NCBI RefSeq assembly: GCF_006345805.1
Contig: NC_043001.1
Location: 38,192,001-38,256,000 of the forward strand
Direction: 5' to 3'
Length of the DNA: 64,000 nt
DNA from: Octopus sinensis
Taxonomy: Eukaryota
The first letter of the stretch is position 1; each line of letters begins with the position of its first letter. Position numbers and translations under genes: made by a program. The notes below the pieces were generated by a model, which made no database searches, was not told the DNA's origin, and worked only from the letters and a program-made list of their open reading frames with translations. This document shows, in pieces, positions 52,080 through 63,800 of this stretch.

Positions 52080-52460
52080 GTCTATTCAGGGCATTCTGGA
52101 TCCTTGTTGAGTAATGAGGAAATCCAAGTCGTGGAGCCATGATTTCATCTTCAATAACTGGATTCACACTGAACTGTTCCCAATTCTCAGGATGTCAAGG
52201 CAGCAATAATTGATGGAACCCTCATCTGCAGACATGAAGATTGCTTTGGCTGGATTTTTCAACAGTTCATCATTGTGGCAATAACCAATGGAACTACTCT
52301 TTTTAATGGAACCAAGGATTGAGTTCTTGTGAAACTCAGTCTTCCAGGTTGTGCTATATCTTCAGTTGAGTGTATTAACTTTATCAGCGGGTCAAATCTG
52401 ATAGAAGCATAGTGATGAGTAGCATCAATCAATTCAACATGATCACCCTTTTGTTTACAT
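52080..52460 (-). mobile_element. Possible decayed LINE (RTE-like) coding fragment
   Basis: Long near-open frames, e.g. MSADEGS...ILRIG and EIMAP...IQNALNRLK, loosely resembling the RTE pre-RT region. Confidence 0.35.
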
Positions 52461-52897
52461 TGATAGGATTAAGCTACCTAAGCAAAACTTTTCTGGATAA
52501 AGTCTGTCCTGCTGGAGATTAATGCTGAAAGTCAAGTTTTTTTCTTCTTTTTTTTTTTTATGAAACATCAAGTTAGTTGCATAGCAAAAGAAGGAGGTAT
52601 ATGCATGGAGTGATTTCCTAAAATACAACTCCATTGACTTTCTTGCTCTGTTATTTTTCTCCATAGCATTTCATTTAGATGTTCTACTTGATTGTTTCCA
52701 GTTGGATGAATGGAATTGTTTTAGTTTGAACAACATTATAGTTCTTCAAAGTACAAAGATCAGCAAGAATAAGATGGTTTTTTGATTTGAGTGAATAGAA
52801 GCTGAAGTATCAAACATGAAGAATATATTTTGAAGATAGCAAATTACTGTAAGAGCTGTCATATCCAAACATTCAAATGTAAACAAGTAATGGTAAG

Positions 52898-53402
52898 AGT
52901 TGTGGAGGCACAATGGCCCAGTGGTTAGGGCAGCAGACTCACGGTCGTAGGATTTTGATTCCCAAACCGGGCATTGTGAGTGTTCATTGAGCAAAAACAC
53001 CTAATGCTCCATGAGGCTCCGGCAGGGGGTGGTGGTAAACCCTGCTGTTCTCTTTTCACCACAAATTTCTCTCACTCTTTCTTCCTGTTTCTGTTGTACT
53101 TGTATTTCAAAGAGCCAGCCTTGTCACGCTCTGTGTCATGCTGAATCTCCTCGAGAACTATGTTAAGGGTACACATGTGGAGTGCTCTGTCACTTGCACA
53201 TAAATAAATGAGCTGCGACGTCACTGGTGCCAAGCTGTATCAGCCTTTGCCTTTCCGTTGGATAACATCGGTGGTGTGGAGAGGGGAGGCTGATATGCAT
53301 GGGCAACTGCTGGTCTTCCATAAACAACCTTGCCCAGACTTGTACCTTGGAGGGTAACTTTCTAGGTGTAATCCCATGGTCATTCATGACCGAAGGGGGT
53401 CA
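52898..53402 (+). mobile_element. Long tRNA-headed SINE
   Basis: ggcacaatggcccagtggttagggcagcagactc...gattcccaaaccggg head followed by about 400 bp of body. Confidence 0.6.
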
Positions 53403-53799
53403 CAAAAATGGTAAGAGTTAAATCACAATAGAGGACCTTTAGATAGGCATTGTACTGAGATGCTCAAAAGGTTGTGTGAACTTGATAAGTTTGGCATGTA
53501 GGGGATGGCAGAATAAGTGTTAAAATTTTTAACATGTGAGGCATGAAGTGGTGAGGGGCTGATTTCAGGACGCTGAATCCTAGGAAGGAGATGATAATGC
53601 TGCACAGTAAGTGATGAAATATTGTGCTTAAGCAGACTCATCCAATCTATATGAGGATGGAAATAACAGGTGTAAAATGATGATGACGACAACAATGGTG
53701 GTGATGATGATGATAATGATACCAGATTGATGTCAACTTTTGTGTTAGTCAAAACTTGAAAATAGAAAGTTCTGTTTTTTTCCCACTCTAATTAATTAA

Positions 53800-54020
53800 T
53801 GCGCCCTAGCCAGGCTCATGGGCCAGGTTTCTATGGCGTATGTGTTCCCTAGCAGGATGGGACACCAGTCCATTGCAGCGTTACTAATTTTTGCCAGCTG
53901 AGTGGACTGGAGCATTGTGAAATGAAGTGTTTTGCTCAAGAACAACACGTCGCCTGGTCCAGGAATTGAAACCACAATTTTACAATCATGATGCTGACAC
54001 CCTAACCCCTAAGCCACGAT
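53800..54020 (-). mobile_element. tRNA-derived SINE with a conserved central domain
   Basis: gggacaccagtccattgcag...tggactggagc...gtgttttgctcaagaaca...ggaattgaaacc...ccctaagccacg. Confidence 0.55.
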
Positions 54021-54259
54021 CATCATCTCAGCCAATGTGAAGACCATGTCACTCAAAACAACATCATGTCACCATAGATAGACATTGCACCTCTCATTGG
54101 CAGTATAAATTACATTGTTTTAGTTATGAATATGCTACTCAGAAAATCTGGAACCTTTCCCACAGAAACAAAATACTTCTATCACCAAATATTCTTTTGG
54201 TTCTGATAAAACTGTAGTATCTATCCTTATCAACTAAATATTTGACATGTTTCCTATTT

Positions 54260-55630
54260 CACCTGTCTCCTCCTCCCCCTCTTCCTCCCCCTCTCCTCCC
54301 TCTTCCCCTCCCTCCTCCTCCTGCTCATCATCATCATCAGCAGCAGCTGTGTAGATCTTTAAAAAAATACAAAATCATAACCATTGCCCATTCCTCCAGT
54401 GCCCTCTGCTCTGTGCGCTTGTCCAAATTAATTAACCTTGTAGAATCAGTTTGCAAAAGATGCCACTCCAGGTTAATGATGTCTATGCATCCAACTAGAT
54501 GCACCATGATAGGATGTGCAGTGTTATTACAAATAAGATTTGTATGGCATGTCAAATCACACTATCACATTGAAGAGGCTTTCCTTATGTTGGTATGACA
54601 GACCTAAAATCACAAACAATATCAGTCACCATCATTATCCTCCTCTTCCTCCCCCTCCCTCCTCCTCCTCCTCCTCATCATCATCATCGTCATCACCACC
54701 ACCACCACCACCCTCCGCCCCTCTGTCTTCCCCTTCATCCTCCTCTTCTTCTTCTTCTTCCTCATCCTCATCCTCATCCTCATCCTCCTCATCATCATCA
54801 TCAATACCACAAACCACTATATGTAGTTGTTTGATATGCTAGAAATAGCAATTAAATCTTCAAATTACACCTTACTGTCTTAATAAGGAAAGGATTTATT
54901 GGGTAATACATATCTGAGATAAAAAGATACAGGTTGGTCATGGCTGGAATTTTTTTCAATCACAGCTCTGCCCAATCAGAACTGGTGTGGGGGCTAAACA
55001 CTATTAGCATAACATTTCCCTCCTATCTTCACCACCATCACATTTGCCACTACTCCTCCCCCCACTCTCCCATTCACCACCTCAGCTGTTATCTCTGTCA
55101 CCACTACTACCATGATCATAGCCATGACCAACACCCTCATCCTCAAATCCTGCTACCAGTAACACCACTGCTATTGTCACTGTAATAACCCTGATCGTCC
55201 TCGTCCATATTCAACATTCTCGACCTTGTCCTGCCGCCACCATCACCATGACTTTTACTGTAACTGCAGTTGCTGTTACCACCATCTCTACCAGACTTAA
55301 TCATCTCTTATTCAAGAAATCACTTCCATAGATGTTGTTGCAGTCAATATAACTATTGTCACCAATACCACCAATACCATAGTTGCTACCGTAAGCATCT
55401 TCCTTTTTCTAGTTATCAATTTTGGCAGCACCATTATTATTCTCTTCTATATCGTTGTTGGCACCAGTAGCATTGTGATGATAATGATGAAGGAGAAGGA
55501 GGAGGTGGTGGTGGTGGTAGTGGTGGTGGTGGTTGTTGGTGGTGGTGGCAGTGATGGTGATGTTGGCAATGGTGGTAATGAGGATGATGATGATTTGTTT
55601 GTGGAGGCACCACCATCATCATCATCATTA
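54260..55630. repeat. Low-complexity (CCT)/(CAT)/(CAC)/(GGT) trinucleotide region
   Basis: Directly visible; poly-P/S/H/E ORFs occur in all frames. Confidence 0.85.
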
Positions 55631-55994
55631 ATACATCCTTATCCTGACCATCAATGTAATGTCTTCTTCCCTAGCACACTCCCATTAAGTTTTATATCTA
55701 TGAAGCAACAGCGAAGCATTCAGTCAGCTAATGAACTTAAGTCTACAGTTGCAAAAGTGACAAGACAGTACATTACATAAGCCTAACTGTAACTCTATAT
55801 AGCATAGATACTTTTCTAGAGCTTATCATATTTCAGTTTGCTTTTTCAGATGTTTTCCACTGCTTACTCAGAGGGCTTTTTCTTTAATAATTATCATTTT
55901 TCACTGGGCTTATGGTTTTTGAGAGGACTTCTTCAAACATAGGCATCACAATTTAATATATGCATTCTTTATATGGAAATACATGCATAAATAT

Positions 55995-56345
55995 ACATCG
56001 TCATCATCATCATCATCATCATCAACATCATCATCATCATCATCATCATCATCGCCATCATCGTCATCATCATCATCATCATCATCATCATTTAATGTCC
56101 ACTCTCCATGCTGGCATAGGTTACACGGTTTGACTGGAGCTGATATGCTGGAGGTCTGCACCAAGTTCCAGTCTGATTTGGTATGGTTTCTACATGGCTG
56201 AATGCCCTTCCTAATGCCAACCGCTCCAGGAGTGTAATGGGTGCTTTTATGTGCAACTGGCCTGGGTACCATTTACATGACACCAACAATGACCATAGCT
56301 GCGATTCATTTGGATAAGTTTCAGCCAGTATTGGCCCAGGCGATG
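55995..56345 (-). mobile_element. RTE LINE 3' end with an expanded (CAT)n tail of about 95 bp
   Basis: About 31 CAT-like triplets followed by the shared 3' UTR. Confidence 0.8.
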
Positions 56346-56413
56346 ACTGTATATACACGCATGCACACACACACACACACACAAGCATGCACATGCACGC
56401 ACACACACATATA

Positions 56414-56933
56414 CCGCAAATCCTCAAGTATAATCCGCATTTTTTTCCCAAAATTTAAAGGTCATAATCCCTAGTGCTTACTATATACAAGGTTAAAAAT
56501 GGAAAATATTTTCTAAGCAATGTCTGAGTCTCTATTTACTGTTCAGTAATGTTTATTCAGATGCATTTTGTGATGTCGGGTATGAAAATACCTTAAGCTA
56601 AGCCTGAAAGCAATGGAGTCATAAAAGAATCATCAATAACTTGCAGTAAGCAACATATATTAAAATAAAAGTATTCAGAACACAGAATAACATATAACAA
56701 AAACAATTTGCAAACATCTTTACATCCCCATATAACAGTTAAGAACATCACCATTATTGTATTATGCATGTGTGGAAGTGTCTGTTCGACTAGTTGCTGC
56801 TGGCCTAATTATGCACGACTCAAGTTAGGGAAGTGGTGCGTATTATACACAAGGTTTACGTTTTTCAGAGGTACGCCCACCTAAAAATCCCCTGCGTATT
56901 ATACTCAAGGGCGGACTATACTCGCGGATTTAC

Positions 56934-56935
<2 letters not shown>
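56414..56935. mobile_element. Tc2/pogo-like non-autonomous DNA transposon
   Basis: About 25-bp imperfect TIRs CCGCAAATCCTCAAGTATAATCCGC / GCGGACTATACTCGCGGATTTACGG with TA TSD. Confidence 0.8.
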
Positions 56936-56986
<51 letters not shown>

Positions 56987-57039
56987 GCGTGCGTGTGTGT
57001 GTGTGTGTGCATGCATATATGTATATATGTGATTATATA

Positions 57040-57755
57040 ATGGGAAGCTTTATGAAAATAAACAAAAGACGAAGGCAGGTGGAATACAAACAAACAATTG
57101 TATTAGTATGGCGCTCAGGAATATAAATAAAACAAGTCTTTTACGTTTCGAGCCTATGCTCCTCAACAGAAAGATACACAGAAAAGAAACAAGGAGAGAA
57201 AAAAAATGCGTGCAGAAGCTAGCGAATCAACGTGGCGATCTGATTCCGGCCAGAAGTCAAAGATCAAACGTGAGACGCAAGAGCGAAAATAGGGGAGATA
57301 ACAGGGTCAAATGACCATGCCCCAACATAAGGGTGTGTGTGTGTATGAGAGAGTATGTAGTGCGTATGAGAGGTCTGGACGTGTGTATGTATGTATGATG
57401 TGATGTGTAATGTCGTATGGTGTAGTGTAGAGAGAGGAGATGAGGGGGAGAGAGGAGAGGAGAGATGAGGGGGAGGAAGGAAGGGGGAGGGGGAGGAGGA
57501 GAGGGAAGAAGAGGAAGGGGAGAGGATAGAGGGAGGGGGAGAGAAGTTGGAGTGAGGGAGCAGAGAGAAAGAGGGAAGAGTAGGGGTGAAAGGATGAAGG
57601 ACTGAAGAGAAGTAAGGGTCGAGGGGGAGGTTAGATGAGGAAGGGGGAGAGGGGGGTTCGATGAGGAGGGGGAGAGTTGAGACCAAATGGCGTAAAAGAG
57701 CGAAGAGAGAAGATTAATTCCTGTTCACGGCGCAAATGGGAATCTGGATGGCCTC
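57040..57755 (-). mobile_element. PLE-like repeat (family B) with hammerhead-like motif and purine-rich tract
   Basis: Homologous to 41503-41710; HHR-like motif at 57136-57175; its 3' end abuts TA/TG microsatellite. Confidence 0.55.
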
Positions 57756-58417
57756 TGTTTCAGGATCGTTGTCCTTCATCGGCCTAGAGTAGCAGACACC
57801 GGTCAGCTGGTGATATTTGCCTCGTCTTCGTAATTGTATATATCTATATTCAGTGAAGTCTATTCACTGATTATCAAAATGAGAAATATTGAATTTCTAA
57901 ATCTCTCGTAGAGACATGTATGTGTATATAAGGACACAGGGAAAAATGTGTCAAAGCCATCAGGAGGCGTTCGATGCTTCTTAGGGCTATACAGCAGTGG
58001 TGTACCCCCTACTGTTACGTTCTTGTTAGATTGACAGTATACAACCATTCTATCGCCCCACCACCGTACATGTCTCTACGAGAGATTTAGAAATTCAATA
58101 TTTCTTATTTTGATAATCAGTGAATAGACTTCACTGAATATAGATATATACAATTACGAAGTCGAGGCAAATATCACCAGCTGACCAGTGTCTGCTACTC
58201 TAGGCCGATGAAGGACAACGATCCTGAAACACGTGTCCCTAGATGCAGTTCCGGCAGCCGGGGGGTGTTTGTCTCCCCTTCGTATATGTATATAAGGACA
58301 CAGGGAAAAATGTGTCAAAGTCATCAGGAGGCGTTCGATGCTTCCTAGGGCTATACAGCGGTGGTGTACCCCCTACTGTCACGTTCTTGTTAGATTGACA
58401 GTATACAACCATTCTAT
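57756..58417 (+). mobile_element. Retrozyme-like / PLE pseudo-LTR unit: 364-bp monomer in partial tandem with a 165-bp inverted 5' copy
   Basis: Direct repeats 57924-58053 and 58288-58417 (offset 364); inverted arms 57756-57920 and 58067-58231; contains an HHR. Confidence 0.8.
58199..58243 (+). ncRNA. Minimal type I hammerhead ribozyme (C4 variant)
   Basis: TCTAGG-CCGATGA-AGGA(CAACGA)TCCT-GAAAC-ACGT-GTC|CCTAGA: perfect 6-bp stem I, 4-bp stem II, palindromic stem III, GUC site after 58237. Confidence 0.8.
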
Positions 58418-58564
58418 TTATATATATAGTTTGATTTGAAAAGCGCTAATATATGATGTATAAAAACATGTAATATACAAATAAATATCTGTAAATATAA
58501 AACCATCCGAATTTCTGAGTACCTCATTTCTTCTAATATATATATATGTATATATGTATGTATG

Positions 58565-59430
58565 TAGGAAAAATAGAAGTTAAAAATGCACTGAGAATAG
58601 TTAAAATATTTATTCTTAATATATTTAAGGCTTAAACCAGTTTCACAGTCTACACTGATTTTCAAAAAGTTCAAATAGGAAGACATGGTTTATGTTGCAG
58701 GTGTCCAGCTTCTGACTAGTGTTTGAAGCTTGCCCTATTTTTATAGGCTCAAATTACTATATATTTTGAATAGGATTTGATTAGTAGAGGATAGTCACGT
58801 GACTGGTCATTTTGGTAGGCTCCCCACTATATCTGTCTGTTGATTGAACACATTCAAACAATCAATGCTCTGAATGTTTTCTGTCGGGTGTTTGTAGAGA
58901 ATGAACAAGATTAAGTTTATAATCTTTTGTATGTTTCCTGCTATGTTCTTGTGTTAGAGTCATGTGACAGTATATTTTGTGCCTAAAAAGAAGGCTAACT
59001 TGGTTGACTGAACATTCCAAATTTAATCTGTCTGGTGGGAAAGTGGACAGGAGTCATTTGTATGTAGTCTAGTGGCTACAGTTTAGGTTGTTAGTTGTGT
59101 AGCTTCCTCGTGATCAGTGGCAGAATGAATTTTGTGTGTGAATAGTTATTTGTATATGTACTCTGTTAAAGTTTGTTAAGTCTTGGTTTGTACTTTTGCA
59201 TGAAAGTATTTTCTTTGTTTATCTGAGCTTCAGCTGTGGTATTCACTGAACATAGGTAGAGTGGGAAGACCTGGAATTTGGGGGACTTATTTTTTGCTCA
59301 TATGTCTATGTGACCACTCAGTGGAATCTGTCAAGTACTAGGGTCTTGTATTTGTTGTTGGTGAATGGTCAGTCTATTTCTTAGAGTAAGCTTTGTTTGA
59401 CCCATGTAATCTCCATAAAAAAACTTGACA
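58565..59430 (-). mobile_element. PLE 3' part (family A): GIY-YIG endonuclease remnant (59166-59430) plus pseudo-LTR
   Basis: GDYMGQTKLTLRNRLTIHQQQI...IPLSGHID...FQVFPLY...KENTFMQKYKPRLNKL* with two internal TGA stops. Confidence 0.85.
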
Positions 59431-59437
59431 TTTGATT

Positions 59438-61105
59438 CATCATCATCATCATCATCATCGTTTAACGTCCGTTTTCCATGCTAGCATGGGTTGGACAGTT
59501 CGACCAGGGTCTGGGAAGCCAGGAGGCTGCACCAGGCTCCAGTCTGATCTGGCGGTGTTTCTACAGTTGGATGCCCTTCCTAACGCCAACCACTCCGTGA
59601 GTGTAGTGAGTGCTTTTTATGTGTCACTGGCACAGGTGCCAGGGGAGCCTGGCAAAATCCACAATCGATTGGTGCTTTTTACGAGCCACCAGCACGGAAG
59701 CCAGTCAAGGCGGCGCTGGCATCGGCCACGTATGGATGGTGCTTTTTAGGTGCCAGGGTAGGGTGGCAACGGCCACGAACAATTGGTGCTTTTTACATGC
59801 CACCAGCACGGAAGCCAGTCAAGGCAGCAAGGGCATTGGCCACATACAGATGGTGCTTTTTATGTGTCAGGGCAGGCTGGCATCGGCCACAAACAGTTGG
59901 TGCTTTTTACGTGCCACCAGCACGGAAGCCAGTCGAGGTGGCGAGGGTATCGGCCACGTACAGATGGTGCTTTTTACTTGCCACCAGCACAGGTTCCAGG
60001 GGAGGCTGGCATTGGCCACGATCAGTTGGTGCTCATTACGTGCCACCAGCACGGAAGCCAGTCAAGGCGGCGCTGGCATCGGCCACGTACGGATGTTGTT
60101 TCTTACATGCCACCGGCACAGGTATCACAACTACAATTTCCATTTGATTTTTTGATGCTGATGAACTTGACTCAATAGGTCTCCTCAAACACAGCAGGTC
60201 ACCCTTCGATCCAAGGTAAGTACAGCAGGCCGTCCTGCGATCCAAGGCACTTTGGATGGGCTGGGGCTGCTATGTGAAGCTGGTGCAGGAAACAGTCATG
60301 AACTCATGCTATTTGTCGGGTCTTCGCAGTCACAGTATATCTCCAGAGGTCTCGGTTTTCCGTCATTGCCTCTGTGAGACCTAACGTTCAAAGGTCGTGC
60401 TTGACCACCTCATCCCATGTCTTCCTGGGTTTACCTTTACCCAGGATTCCTTCAACTGTTTGGGAGTGGCACTTCTTCACACATCTCTCCTCATTCACCC
60501 GTAGTACATGACCATACCAGCACAGACGTCTCTCTTGCACTCCACATCCAATGCTTCTTATGTCCAGCATTTCTCTCAAGGCACTTACACTGTAATGTGT
60601 GCTCACTGACATTACACATCCAGCGGATCATGCTAGCTTCATTTCTTTCAAGCCTACGCATATCCTCAGCAGTCACAGCCCATGTTTCTCTACTGTGAAT
60701 CATGGCAGTTTGCACACATGTGTCATACAATCTACCTTTCACTCTGAGCGAGAGACCCTTTGTCACCAGTAGGGGTAGAAGCTTTCTGAACTTTGCCCAG
60801 GCTATTCTTATTCTAGTGGTAACACTCTTTGAGCATTCACCCCCACTACTAACTTGGTCACCTAGGTAGCAGAAACTATCAACTACTTCTAGTTTCTCTC
60901 CCAGGAGTGTAATGGAATCTGTTTTCTGAGTATCAATGATGTCTATTGCCTCTGTGCATCTGCCGCACATGAAAGCTATCTTCTTGGTTAATTTTCCTTT
61001 GATGGTGCTGCACCTCTTATGTATCCATAGCTTACACTGGGTACATCTTATGGAGTTTCTACCTACACCTTTTCTACATATCGAGCAGGGCAACCTACCT
61101 GAAAG
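59438..61105 (-). mobile_element. 5'-truncated RTE LINE (RT C-terminus with PHD-like finger, 3' UTR minisatellite, (CAT)n tail)
   Basis: ORFs 60491..61093 (PCSICRKGVG.NSI.C..C..WIHKRCS...VDSFCYLGD...RIRIAWAKFR.LLPLL) and 60388..60612 (RRLCWYGHV...GKPRKTW). Confidence 0.93.
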
Positions 61106-61129
61106 GGGTGTGTGGTGTGTCTGCCTTCC

Positions 61130-62590
61130 TACTTACTAGAACTTTGGTCTTTGCTACATTGACTCTAAGGCCTATTGATTCTAAACCTAGCTTCCACACC
61201 CGAAATTTCTTTTCTAGTTCCAGTAGTGATTCTGGGAAGGTAGAGATAAAATCACAAAATTTACCTTTTGTAGGCTTGTAATTGCTTGTTTCTTACAACT
61301 GAATTGTCCCTGTTTTCTTTATCATATAATTCCTCTGTTAGACATGGTTTTCTACAGAACAGTGAAATATCATTCTGTGTTTCATTGGAGTTAGTGTGCT
61401 GTGGTGTTGGGGTAATTTTTAGGCCTTTTGACAAAATATTTATTTCTTCTACTGAAAAAGATTTTTGGATTGGTTAATTATCTTCAGTTTCTCATCTTCG
61501 GTTTGTACTATCTGGTGTCAAGAACTCTGTTGCTCGAATCTAAAAAATGATTTTTCAAAGTTTTCCTTTTATTTCTATTTATATATCCAAGGACATTTTC
61601 TCTGTTAACTTGTACCCCTTTCTATTAATTTTGTGTATTTGTTGTTCTGGATTATGTTTGTTTCTTTCTGTAATTGTCTTTTAAGTTGATATTTTTTATC
61701 TATTGTGTATGTCTTCAGTTTTGGGGAAAGTTCAGACCAATTGGAGGCATTTTAGTTGGATTATTTTGTTGTTGAAGTAGTCTTGAATTATCTTTAAGGA
61801 ATTGATGACTATAATTTCCATATTTAGGTGTTTGATTGATCAGCTGTGAATGACGTTTGTGGATTTTAACTTTCTTCAGGAATGGGTTCTCAGTAGAGTA
61901 CTCATTTTTAAAATGAGATTCATACCTAGAGAGCCAAAGAGCATTTCTGTCCCTCTGTTGAAGAGGTGTTAATTCCTCATTTTCACATTTCTTTTTCCAA
62001 AGTTTAATACTGCTTTCTTGGTCTTCGGATGTTTTTGAAACTTCTGTTTGCATTTATGCATCAATCATTAAAAATTTTTCTTCATTGGAATTTGCTCTAA
62101 GCTGTAATAGCTGGGTTTCCATTCTGAATATGTCGAGAACCATCTTTCCTCCAAATTTTTGTTATTGTTTGGGTTCAATAGCGATAGGTTTTATTTGTAG
62201 TTTCTTTGGGAGGATGATCGGTGTTGAATTGAGCCATTTTCCATATATTTCTGCTTTGCCATTATTTTTAATGAAGTTACAAAAGGCATATTTACAAGCT
62301 GTGAAGTTTTGGTTCCATATATATTTAATAGAGTTTTTGATTGCAGAGGTTTCTCGTTGCAGGTTGATGTTATCTTCTTCAGTTTTTGGATTTTGTTCCA
62401 GCTTCTGGAGCATCACTGTTTCTATATTTTACATAACTGGTTGAGGGTTTGTACAACTGCTGTTTCTTCCATTTTCCTTCTTTCTTTAAGTGTTTCCTTA
62501 GTGTAAGTCTGTATCTCATCGATTTTGTTGGATAAGACTGTGAGCTTGGAGGAGATCTCTTTCAATTCTTTTACTATCTCTATATATATA
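61130..62590 (-). mobile_element. Decayed retroelement N-terminal / ORF1-like coding region
   Basis: Consecutive same-strand charged ORFs 62162..62416 and 61715..62053 broken by frameshifts, with no splice signals. Confidence 0.4.
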
Positions 62591-62599
62591 TTGGTTCAG

Positions 62600-62935
62600 C
62601 TCCATATGCCTAACACATGCCTACAAAGTCAGAAAACAGCACAGCTCCCATGACTTTCGGAAACACGTTTCACACTCAAAGTTGCTGAAGCAGGGAACAA
62701 ACTACCTGCATCAGTTGTTAGTTGCTGAGACATTGCATCCTTTAAAACCTCCACGCTTTCTGAAATTCGCCAACACTACACCTTATATCTCCCCTTCCAT
62801 TTGCATACACACATGTATAACATGACTCATACACTGTTCACTTACCTGGCTTTTGTACATAATTCTATGTACTGTACGTGCACCTTTGATGAGTTGTAGT
62901 GCACCTGAGCACTATACATAATAATTTCATTATTA
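62600..62935 (+). mobile_element. CR1/L2-type LINE 3' end
   Basis: RKH.FTLKVAEAGNKLPASVV resembles the CR1 R..FF..RV...WN.LP..VV motif. Confidence 0.6.
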
Positions 62936-63469
62936 TATATGTGTGTGTGTGTGTGTGTGTATGTATGCATGCATGTATGTATATATGTATATATATATGT
63001 GTGTATACACACACACATATATATTTCATTTCAACATCTCAGTCTACCAGTATTCTATATCCTAGCTAATCAGAGCTTTCTCAACTTCTGTATCACAATA
63101 TAATTACTACTAATATTTCATTCATTTTCTAATACAATTCCCTTACTATGCCTGATAGCACCAATGACCAAATACTAAAGACTTAAGTTGACCATGTGTG
63201 TAAATGGCCCATATCAAACTTCAACACAACATTTGGAGAATGCACTTAAGAATTTGTTTTGAAAGATTCTTAATGTGAAATCATGTATTGAAACAGATAT
63301 TGTTATATTTTAGGATGGTCATTTTCTTTTCTTGCCAAATAAACACATGCACTATATATTCATTCTTCACTCATTTATTATTGTTCTCATTTTATCTTAT
63401 GTCCATTGTCTGGAAATCTTTTGTCACACACCTGTGACCCACATGTATCCTCCTGTTCTGTTCAGTCCA

Positions 63470-63800
63470 TTCTGTCTTTCTATGATGTGTATATTTATCT
63501 GCATTTGCATCTGTGTCTCTATGTATGTGTGCATGTGTGTGTGCATGTGTGTGTATGTATGTGTGCATGCATGTGAGTGTGTGCATGTGTGTGTGCATGC
63601 ATATGTGTACACATGTCTATGTGTTTTGTGTGTATATATGGGTTTGTTTACTATATTGTTTGTATCCTTGCCCTTTATATAGTTTCTTTACGTTTTTTAC
63701 TTATTTATCTCTATTTCTTATATTTCATCATTAGTATGAGCATGTATGTCTTTTGTATGTGTATATATGTGTTTATGTATTATACAATTTTTTTTTCCTT
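63470..63800. repeat. (TG)/(TATG) low-complexity region
   Basis: Directly visible. Confidence 0.8.

Noticed and set aside
54242-56272. Poly-Pro/Ser/His/Glu/Asp ORFs
   Set aside because: Trinucleotide low-complexity DNA and an RTE (CAT)n tail; no splice or domain support.
59600-60130. Regularly spaced repeats resembling a CRISPR array
   Set aside because: The inter-repeat segments are themselves homologous: a minisatellite in a eukaryotic LINE, with no cas genes.
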